From Micrococcales bacterium (lineage in GTDB: Bacteria > Actinomycetota > Actinomycetes > Actinomycetales > JBBAYJ01), in contig JANNOG010000111.1 of NCBI GenBank assembly GCA_031398915.1, positions 4,108-68,107 on the forward strand: a DNA stretch of 64,000 nucleotides, read 5' to 3'. Position 1 is the first letter of the stretch; every line of letters starts with the position of its first letter. The translations under genes were made by a program, and so were the position numbers. The notes below the pieces were generated by a model. That model was given only the letters and a program-made list of their open reading frames with translations, searched no databases and was not told where the DNA came from. Shown piece by piece: positions 1 to 7,577 of this stretch.

Positions 1-2296
1 CGCACCAGACGCAGCGCTCAAGGCGTCCGCCGAGGCTCCCACCACCTGGTCAGCACCCCGTGCCGGGTCGACGGTTTGCACGCTCCACCACGAATACCCC
101 AGCAGTACCGTGCTCTGGTAATACCAGCCCGAATCCCACGACGACCCGTTCGACCACGTCGCCTGCTGACGAGCCCATAATTGCGCGTAGTCGGACACCG
201 TCACGACACGATGCGTGTCCGTGTACTCCATTGTCGTGCGCTGACTGGCATTCCGGTACTGAGTCTCCGTCGATCTGGACGTCAGCACCGGAGGTGGTGG
301 AGGCTTCGGCGTCTTCGACGCAGCAACCTCGGATTCATTCGGTTGCCTGGATCCCGGGTTAGTGGTCACCGGGTTAGTATTCACAGGGTTATTGCCTAGG
401 CCTCTTATCCAATTAAATGCCTGCCAGGCTGTGTAACCCCAGCCGATCCATCCGATAACAGGAACCAACTTTAGCAACCAAGGAGCAGCCACGCGGAGGG
501 CGGGGCCTAGTATCCGGCCCACAGGACTGTTAGCAACTTTCCCAACAGCGTTTGACACCGCAGCAAATTTTGGACGAGCATCGTTGTAATGACGCACCAC
601 GTCATCGAACGCATCATCGTAGTAGCGTTGAGCAATCTCTTCGAACTTCGCGACATCGGGTAACGTCAAGGAACTGAAACGCCCTGTGGGGTCGGTGTAG
701 GCGAGGGGGTTGCCGGCGGCGTAGGAGTAGCGGTTGGGTCCGTCGGCGCCGAAGGCGGGCAGTGTGGTCGAGTCTCGGCTGACGAAGGATCCGAGCGACG
801 GGTCGTACCAGCGGGCGTCCATGGCGACGAGGCCCGTTCCGAAGTCTGTCCAGTCTCCTTGGTACCCGAATCGGCTCTCGGTGAATCCGACACCTGTGCC
901 CGAGTGGCCCCGGGGGCGGCCGAACGGCTCGAAGGCTATACCGCCGCGGATCCCGGTGTTCACGGGTTGGGTGGCGGGGTCACTGACGACCCAGTCCTGT
1001 GTGTCACCCCGGAGGTCAAACAGCGGGGACAGCCATGTCCCGTCGGCACCTTCGAGTCCGGACGTCGCGACCCCGAGCAGTTCTCCGGACGGGCCGCGGG
1101 CTGCCCGAATGGACCGCTGCTCATCGCCCGGGTTTGGGCCGTTCTCGTCGGCTGGGGCAAGGATGGGATCGCGCTCCACGCCAGCGTAGGCGAAGACTTG
1201 TTCAGGGGCCCGCACACTGCCCCCGCTGGTCAGTGCCGACCTGGTGTCGAGGCGGCCCAGCGCGTCGTACGTATACACGGCACCGCGGGGGGGAAGGATG
1301 CTGTCGAGGGATCGACTGCCAGTTGCCGTGTCCTTCGTCAATTGGCCCGCAGCATCGAAGGTCAAGGTTCGTTGACCTGCGGGTGTCGAGATGCCCGTGA
1401 CTTCCCCGACGGGTGAGACCTCGATGGACTGCGTCGTCCACGGACCCGTCGCCGACTCGCGATACCGATGCGTGAGGAGACGGTTGCGACTGTCTCGGGC
1501 CCACTCTTCGGTCCCATACGTGGACCGGCCGCTGGCTGTCCCACCGTTGGCGCACCAGTCCGTCGCTGTCGTAGGTGTACTCCGCGTTCAGCGACCGGGT
1601 GCCCGATTCGGCCACGTCGTAGGAGGTGTCCAGTTGACCGCGCTGTGTCCACGACAGCTCCACCGTTGACGACGTTGTGAAGGTGGAGGCGTTAGCACGC
1701 GACACATTGCCTGCGATGTCGTATTCGAAGAGACGGTAAATACTGGTTCGTCCTGCACCGTAAAGCACCTCAGTCTGTACCGACCCGTCAGGGAAGTATT
1801 CGTATTCTCCACGGAGACCGCCAGGCCGAGCGAGAGTTCGCATCCGTCCCTGGTCGTCGTATTCGAACTGCCACCGTCGATCCGTTAGGTTGGGGTGACG
1901 AGGTGTCGACGGCTCCACCAATCGCACCGGTAATCCGTTGGCGTTGTAGTCCGTCCAGGTCACCCGACCCAACTCATCGGTCACCCGTACCTGCTGCCCC
2001 ACGACGTCGTAGCCCACGGATGTGGTTGCCGCGGCAGGCGAGCCGAAACCCTCGATGACCGAGGTGGGCCTCGACAACGCGTCGTAGCTGATCCGGTCGA
2101 CATTCCCCGTGGGCGCGGTTCTAGCGGTCACATTCCCGGCGGCGTCCAGCACATGAACGGTGGTCCGGCGAGCACCTGAGGACCCGACCGCCGCCTCAGA
2201 GGTCACCCGTCCGGCGAGGTCGTACACGGATTCAACCGCCTCACCCCCAGGGCTCTGCACCCGAGTCACGCGACCCATACCGTCAAAGGAGAACAC
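1..2296 (-). pseudogene. RHS/YD-repeat polymorphic toxin gene (3' part). It is disrupted by a frameshift, and its C-terminal variable domain runs off the left edge of the window.
   Basis: The listed ORF 1202..2296 is YD-repeat rich for about 250 aa (YDLAGRVT, YDALSRPT, YDVVGQQV, FEYDDQGRM, YTYDSDGLV) and then degenerates into Arg/Pro-rich sequence. I read the minus strand in the frame whose codons occupy 3k+1..3k+3. That frame has no stop from 1587 down to position 1. It continues the RHS core (YTYDALGRLD, GYQGDWTDFGTGLVAMDARWYDPSLGSFVSRD, PNRYSYAAGNPLAYTDPTGRF at about 676-830), which is the canonical core-end PxxxxDPxG motif, followed by a non-repeat tail. The frame switch must lie at about 1530-1590. 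Confidence 0.8.
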
Positions 2297-2364
2297 CGTG
2301 GGATTCGATACTCCCGGATCGTATCGACGAACGACTTCACCAGCAAGGTTGTACTCGTAGCGGG

Positions 2365-2574
2365 TTATGCGTCGTCCACGGGCTCGTACACGCCATCAGG
2401 GATCTCGGTGGTGCCAGGAAGCACTACCCGTTCACCGCGAGAGTCAGCGATCACCTGCGTCGGCTCGCTGGCAGCAGCGGACAGCAACGTCACAGCCATC
2501 ACCGTGGCCGCGATAACGCCCACCAGACGACGCTGACGAGTAGCAACAGACCTGGGCATCCCGACAACCCCCAT
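2365..2574 (-). CDS. Small protein with an N-terminal signal peptide (Tat-like RQRR n-region). It may be the displaced N-terminus of the RHS gene.
   Basis: 69-aa ORF MGVVGMPRSVATRQRRLVGVIAATVMAVTLLSAAASEP... It has a charged n-region, a hydrophobic h-region and an AAA/S cleavage-like site. Its stop lies inside the upstream-open part of the RHS reading frame. Confidence 0.4.
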   Translation of the reverse strand: MGVVGMPRSVATRQRRLVGVIAATVMAVTLLSAAASEPTQVIADSRGERVVLPGTTEIPDGVYEPVDDA

Positions 2575-2601
2575 ACGGCCGGACTGTGCATCTCGCCGCC
2601 A

Positions 2602-3543
2602 TCAGCGCGGCACAACGGCGGCCACCAGAGCCGCGGCGTCGTCCCCGCAGTGCAGCAGGGTCCCCACGGTGGTCACGGCCGGGCCGTGCGCGGCAACAGC
2701 CTCAGACTCGACGACATCGGCAACATCCAGAACGAAGCGGTGGACCAAGCCGCCGTAGTACCCCGCGACACCGGTCGCCGTCGCAACCACCCCCACCGCA
2801 CCCAGCAACCGTGCCCGACTGTCTGCCCGTCGCTGCTCACCAGGACCCACCGGCACCCGCGTCACGATCGGCGCCACCGCCACCACGTCAGGCGCCGCCG
2901 CTACGGCCTCACGGATACCCGGCACCGACAGGATCGGCGCGACGCTGGCCACCGGGTTGCTGGGAGCGATGACCACCACGTCCGCCGCCGCGACCGCATC
3001 GAGAACACCCGGCGCAGGCGTCGCCTGGGCCGCGCCCTCGTGGCGCACCGCGACAACGTCCACGGCGGCGCCCATCTGGATCAAGAACTCCTCGTAGTGG
3101 ACGACCCGACCATCCGCCACCTCGACGGTCGTGGCGACCTCGTCCTCGGTCATCGGCAGGACTCGCACACCGACGCCCATCGCGGCCGTCAGCGTCTCGG
3201 TGACCTCGGCCAGACCTCGCCCGTCGCGCAACATCCCGGTCCGCACCAGGTGGGTGGCCAGGTCCCGGTCACCCAGGTTGAACCACACGTCCTGGCCCAG
3301 CTCGCGCATCGCATCCATCGCCTGCCAGGTCTCGCCCCGCACCCCCCACCCCCGCTCCCGATCCTGGCGGCCGGACAGTGCGTAGAGGGTGGTGTCGAGG
3401 TCGGGACAGATGCGCAGGCCGTGGTGCCACAGGTCGTCGGCCGTGTTGACGACCACGGTGAGGTCTGTCGCAGGAACAGCCGCCGCAAGCGCCACCCACA
3501 GACGTGACGCGCCGATCCCACCGCCCAAACCGACTATCCGCAT
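2602..3543 (-). CDS. cofD: 2-phospho-L-lactate transferase (CofD/FbiA), F420 biosynthesis
   Basis: MRIVGLGGGIGASRLW N-terminus, VVNTADDLWHHGLRICPDLDT, GDRDLATHLVRT and IAPSNPVASVAPILSVPGIR all match CofD/FbiA. I chose the internal ATG at 3543 rather than the longer listed ORF (3645), because the extension is Pro/Ser/Arg-rich. Confidence 0.9.
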   Translation of the reverse strand: MRIVGLGGGIGASRLWVALAAAVPATDLTVVVNTADDLWHHGLRICPDLDTTLYALSGRQDRERGWGVRGETWQAMDAMRELGQDVWFNLGDRDLATHLVRTGMLRDGRGLAEVTETLTAAMGVGVRVLPMTEDEVATTVEVADGRVVHYEEFLIQMGAAVDVVAVRHEGAAQATPAPGVLDAVAAADVVVIAPSNPVASVAPILSVPGIREAVAAAPDVVAVAPIVTRVPVGPGEQRRADSRARLLGAVGVVATATGVAGYYGGLVHRFVLDVADVVESEAVAAHGPAVTTVGTLLHCGDDAAALVAAVVPR

Positions 3544-3547
3544 CCGG

Positions 3548-3883
3548 TCAACCGGCCCGCGACTGACCGTGCGGGACGAATCGCTCACCCTGGTCGGCGA
3601 GGTCGGCGGCGGTGCGCGGAACGCACACGATGTCACCGAAGACATTGACGCCGGAGTGGACCAGAAAGCTCTCGACGGCGAGGTCGGGGGCGTCGACGGC
3701 GTCGGGTCGACGGCGGATCGTCAGCTGGGGGTAGTCGCGCCAGTGGGCGACCAGCGAGTCGGGGTCGATGGCGTGACGTGCGCAGAAGGCTTCCAGCCCG
3801 GCGAGCAGGTGATCACGCTCGGCAGCGGTCATGCCGACCCGGGTGTCCAACCGCGCCAGCCACGCCTCGACCCGGCCCGTCAT
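3548..3883 (-). CDS. Hypothetical 111-aa protein (P2), a paralogue of the ORF at 6264..6602
   Basis: ATG at 3883 overlaps the fbiC stop (ATGA at 3880..3883). The stop lies 4 nt before the cofD ATG. Third codon positions are almost all G/C. It shares a motif block with 6264..6602 (AERDHLLAGLEAFCARHAIDPDSLV versus ADRDKRLDTLAGFARFVDVDPDVMI). Confidence 0.6.
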   Translation of the reverse strand: MTGRVEAWLARLDTRVGMTAAERDHLLAGLEAFCARHAIDPDSLVAHWRDYPQLTIRRRPDAVDAPDLAVESFLVHSGVNVFGDIVCVPRTAADLADQGERFVPHGQSRAG

Positions 3884-6267
3884 GCCACCGCCGCAGCCAG
3901 CTGGCGATCTGCCGGGGGTCGCCCGTACAACGTGGTCCGTTGGACCAGGGGACGACCGACCGATGCCGCCACCCGCCGGAACCCTGCCTCGTCCATCCCC
4001 TGGCCGTGGGTGGCCCCGGCGGCGCGGCTGATGTTCTCGTCCATCAGGGTGCCGCCCAAGTCGTTGACGCCGGCCCGGAGCAGCTGCCCCGCGCCCGCGG
4101 TACCGAGCTTGACCCATGACGCCTGGATGTTGTCGATCTCACCGTCGTACACGATCCGCGCGACGGCGTGCATCAGCAGTACCTCCCGCCAGGTCGGCCC
4201 GCGCCGCGCGCCGCGCTTGAGGTAGATCGGCGCGGCCATGTGGACGAACGGCAGGCCCACGAACTCGGTGAAGCCGCGGGTGCGACGTTGCAGTTCGCGG
4301 GTGCGCAGCAGGTGGCGGGCCCAGTGCACGGGCTGCTCGACCGCACCGAACATGATCGTGATGTTGGAACGCAGACCCACCGAGTGCGCGGTGGCGTGGG
4401 CATCCAGCCATTCTTGCGTGTCGATCTTGTCCGGGCAGAGGATGTCTCGGATGTCGTCGTCGAGGATCTCGGCGGCGGTCCCCGGCAGTGAGCGCAACCC
4501 TGCCTCGCGCAGTCGGATGAGGTAGGAGGCCAGCGGCTCGTCCAGCCGGCGGGCTCCCTCGGTGACCTCCAGTGCCGTGAAGCCGTGGATGTGCAGGCCG
4601 GGTGCCGCCTGCGCCACCGCGCGGGTGACGTCGATGTAGAAGTCGCCGTCGAAGCTGGGGTGGATGCCGCCCTGCAGGCATACCTCGGTGGCGCCGAGCT
4701 GTTGGGCTTCGACTGCGCGCGCGGCGACGTCGTCCAGGGACAGCAGGTAGGGCTTGCCGCGCAGGTTCAACGACAGCGGGCCCTTGGAGAAGCCGCAGAA
4801 TCGGCACTTGTAGGTACAGACGTTGGTGTAGTTGATGTTCCGATTGACCACATAGGTGACGGCCGGGCCGACCGCCTCGGCGCGTAGCGCGTCCGCGGCG
4901 GTGGCGACGGCTCCGACCTCCGGCCCGCGGGCGGCGAACAGCGCGACGATCTCGGCCTCGCCCAGCTCCTGGCCCGCCGCGACACCGGCCAGAACCTCCG
5001 CCACTGCCCCGCGCACCTGCTCGGCGCCCCTACCGGGCAGCAGCAGCGGAGCGGCCACGTCGCCACCGGACGCCCACATCGTGGACCGCCGACCGACCTG
5101 GACCACCTCGGCACCCGTGCCCACGTTCGCGGCCGCCTGGTACCGCTCCGGCCACACCGCACCGGGATCGTCGCGGGCCAGGCCCTCGGCATCCGAGCGA
5201 TCCATGACCGGAAAGTGCAACCCCTCCGCCAGCCAGGTCGTCGGGTCGAGGACGTACTGCGGGTGCATCGTCAACCGAGGCGCCAGAGTGTGCCCGCGGG
5301 CTTCGGTCGCCGCCCGGAGGACCTCGATCGCGGGCCATGGCCGCTCGGGGTTGACGTGGTCGGCGGTGACGGGCGAGACCCCGCCCCAATCACTCACCCC
5401 GGCATCCAGCAGGTCGCCGAGGCGAGCGGGCTCACTGAGGTTGGGCGGTGCCTGGACGTGGACCTCGGTCGGCAGAACCAGGCGGGCGAGGGCGATCGCC
5501 TGGAGGTGGTCCTCGGTCGGGCACGGCGCCTCGGCCCTCATTCCCGTCCCCGGCTTGGGCAGGAAGTTCTGGACGATCACCTCCTGCACGTGACCGTGGC
5601 GCCGGTGGCTGTCCGCGATCGCCAACAGCGCGTCGAGGCGGTCCATGGGCGTCTCGCCGATGCCGACGAGGATGCCGGTGGTGAACGGGATCCGCAGTCG
5701 GCCCGCCGTTTCGAGGGTGGCCAGGCGCCGCTCGGGGGTCTTGTCCGGAGCGCCGCGGTGGGCCGCGAGATCGGACCGCAACGACTCGATCATCATCCCC
5801 TGAGACGGGCTGACCTCGCGCAGCCGCGTCAGATCGGCCTCGCTGACCGCGCCCGCGTTGGCATGCGGCAGCAGCCCCGTCTCGTCGAGCACCAGCCGGC
5901 ACATGGCGACGAGGTAGTCGACGGTCGTGCCGTAGCCGTGGGAGTCCAGCCAGTCGCGCGCGGTCGGGTATCGATCCTCCGGCTGCTCACCCAACGTGAA
6001 CAGCGCCTCGTGGCAGCCGGCAGCAGAACCCGCGCGAGCGACTGCCAACACCTCCTCCGGCGTGAGGTAGGGCGCGGGCAGATGCGCCGGAGCGGTGGCG
6101 AACGTGCAGTATCCACAGCGGTCGCGGCACAACCGGGTCAGCGGGACGAAGACCTTGGGCGAGTAGGTCACCCGGGTGCCGTGCGCCCGGTCGCGGACTG
6201 CGGCGGCCTCGGCCATGAGGACCGGTAGCGGCAGGTCCAGCAGGGACGGGCTCGACGAGGAACTCAT
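3880..6267 (-). CDS. fbiC: FO synthase FbiC (fused CofG/CofH, two radical-SAM domains)
   Basis: 795 aa with two CxxxCxxC radical-SAM clusters (CRDRCGYCTF near the N-terminus, CTYKCRFCGF mid-protein). The bipartite architecture is typical of actinobacterial FbiC. Confidence 0.95.
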   Translation of the reverse strand: MSSSSSPSLLDLPLPVLMAEAAAVRDRAHGTRVTYSPKVFVPLTRLCRDRCGYCTFATAPAHLPAPYLTPEEVLAVARAGSAAGCHEALFTLGEQPEDRYPTARDWLDSHGYGTTVDYLVAMCRLVLDETGLLPHANAGAVSEADLTRLREVSPSQGMMIESLRSDLAAHRGAPDKTPERRLATLETAGRLRIPFTTGILVGIGETPMDRLDALLAIADSHRRHGHVQEVIVQNFLPKPGTGMRAEAPCPTEDHLQAIALARLVLPTEVHVQAPPNLSEPARLGDLLDAGVSDWGGVSPVTADHVNPERPWPAIEVLRAATEARGHTLAPRLTMHPQYVLDPTTWLAEGLHFPVMDRSDAEGLARDDPGAVWPERYQAAANVGTGAEVVQVGRRSTMWASGGDVAAPLLLPGRGAEQVRGAVAEVLAGVAAGQELGEAEIVALFAARGPEVGAVATAADALRAEAVGPAVTYVVNRNINYTNVCTYKCRFCGFSKGPLSLNLRGKPYLLSLDDVAARAVEAQQLGATEVCLQGGIHPSFDGDFYIDVTRAVAQAAPGLHIHGFTALEVTEGARRLDEPLASYLIRLREAGLRSLPGTAAEILDDDIRDILCPDKIDTQEWLDAHATAHSVGLRSNITIMFGAVEQPVHWARHLLRTRELQRRTRGFTEFVGLPFVHMAAPIYLKRGARRGPTWREVLLMHAVARIVYDGEIDNIQASWVKLGTAGAGQLLRAGVNDLGGTLMDENISRAAGATHGQGMDEAGFRRVAASVGRPLVQRTTLYGRPPADRQLAAAVA

Positions 6268-6602
6268 GACTGCATCCAGTCCGGCTGCTCGGGGAGCAGT
6301 CGGCGGCCGTTGGCGATGAAGAAGGCCCGGACGATGTTGCTGCGCTGGAGTTGGGCATTGCGCGGCTCGTCGTAGGTGGCCGCGAACTCCTTCGCCTTGT
6401 CGGTGTAGAAACCGCGACGCTTGTACTTGCGGGTCTCCTCGTCGAAGACCTCCTCGATCATGACGTCGGGGTCGACGTCGACGAAGCGGGCGAACCCGGC
6501 GAGGGTGTCGAGCCGCTTGTCCCGGTCTGCCGGTGGTAGGTCGTCCAGCGACTTCGCATATCGCTCGACGGTCAGCTTGGCGAGGAAGTCGCTGTCTGGC
6601 AC
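6264..6602 (-). CDS. Hypothetical 112-aa protein (P1), a paralogue of 3548..3883
   Basis: GTG start preceded by a purine-rich GAGAGAGAG tract. The stop overlaps the fbiC ATG (ATGA at 6264..6267). Amino-acid composition looks normal for a globular protein (K/E/D/F/Y rich). Confidence 0.7.
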   Translation of the reverse strand: MPDSDFLAKLTVERYAKSLDDLPPADRDKRLDTLAGFARFVDVDPDVMIEEVFDEETRKYKRRGFYTDKAKEFAATYDEPRNAQLQRSNIVRAFFIANGRRLLPEQPDWMQS

Positions 6603-6678
6603 AGGCTGCTCTCTCTCGGGTCAGGGGGGTTGCGGGAGCGGTGCAGTGGCGGCGCGGGCAGACGCCGCGAGAGGTCGG

Positions 6679-6713
6679 GACACGGCGCCCGGCGGCGTCC
6701 CGGGCGCCGTGTC
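6679..6713 (-). terminator. GC-rich hairpin downstream of the nitroreductase gene
   Basis: Perfect 14-bp inverted repeat GACACGGCGCCCGG / CCGGGCGCCGTGTC with a 7-nt loop, about 20 nt after the stop at 6732. There is no U-tract, which is common in high-G+C actinobacteria. Confidence 0.5.
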
Positions 6714-6731
6714 GCGAACCCGATCAGGGCT

Positions 6732-7577
6732 CTACTCGGGCAGGCCGAACATGGCTGCCATCGCCCGGATCTCCTGGCGGCGGTGGGCAAGCGGGGCGGC
6801 AGCCTGCAGCATCCCGGCCTCGACCAGCTCGGACACGACAGCTGGGTCACGGTGGACGGGGTTGCCCCAGCGGCCCTCGAAGTACAGCTCCTCGAACGGC
6901 GCCCGTGGCCGCTGCCCGCCGGCTTCGGCACCCTCGGCCGGGTAGCCGAGCAGCTGGATCTGGGTGACGGTGGTGCCCTCGGGCATCCCCAGCAGCTCAC
7001 CGATCTTGGCCCGCTGACCGGTCAGCAGCGCGGTACCCAGGCCCTCGTCGACGGCGGCGAGCAGAGCGGTGCCCATCGCCAGCCCGGTCTCGATCGCCGA
7101 CAGCCACTCGGCGAACGTGCGGTCCCCGGCCATGACGTTGAAGTCGGGGGTCTTGAGGACGATGTCCTCGATGAACTGCTCGCTCCAGCCGTAGCTGGAC
7201 GTCAGGGCGCCGACGTCGATCAGCTGCATGAGGTTGTCCTTGAGCACGTCCCACCCGGACATGTCGATGGTCCAGTAGATGTGGACGGGTGCCTGCGCGC
7301 CTGCGGGCTGGTTGTACATCGCCGCCACCAGGCCGTCGAACAGTTCGCGCTCGACCTCGTCGCGGTAGACGACGACGGCCTTGCGGATCAGGCCGGCGTT
7401 GCCGTGCTGGCACTGCAGGCGCGCGGCCTCGAGAACCTTCTGGACCTTGGCCTTCTCGACCGGCTGCCAAGGCTTGAAGAACCGGATCGAGCGGCGGTTG
7501 CCGACGGCCTGCTTGAACGTGAGGCCGGTGGGCGCCGCGTGGGTGATGGCTGCGGGGCCGGTTTCGGTGACGGTCAT
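6732..7577 (-). CDS. Nitroreductase-family flavoprotein (281 aa, with a C-terminal extension)
   Basis: The N-terminal FKQAVGNRRSIRFFKP motif is typical of the nitroreductase fold, as is LLAAVDEGLGTALLTG near the dimer/flavin region. The ATG overlaps the upstream ligase stop (7574..7577). Confidence 0.8.
   Translation of the reverse strand: MTVTETGPAAITHAAPTGLTFKQAVGNRRSIRFFKPWQPVEKAKVQKVLEAARLQCQHGNAGLIRKAVVVYRDEVERELFDGLVAAMYNQPAGAQAPVHIYWTIDMSGWDVLKDNLMQLIDVGALTSSYGWSEQFIEDIVLKTPDFNVMAGDRTFAEWLSAIETGLAMGTALLAAVDEGLGTALLTGQRAKIGELLGMPEGTTVTQIQLLGYPAEGAEAGGQRPRAPFEELYFEGRWGNPVHRDPAVVSELVEAGMLQAAAPLAHRRQEIRAMAAMFGLPE

Noticed and set aside
3645-4117. Longer N-terminal extensions of cofD (to 3645) and of the P2 ORF (to 4117)
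   Set aside because: The extensions are Pro/Arg/Gly-rich and overlap neighbouring genes. Internal ATGs give canonical N-termini (MRIVGLGGGIG) and 4-nt start/stop couplings.
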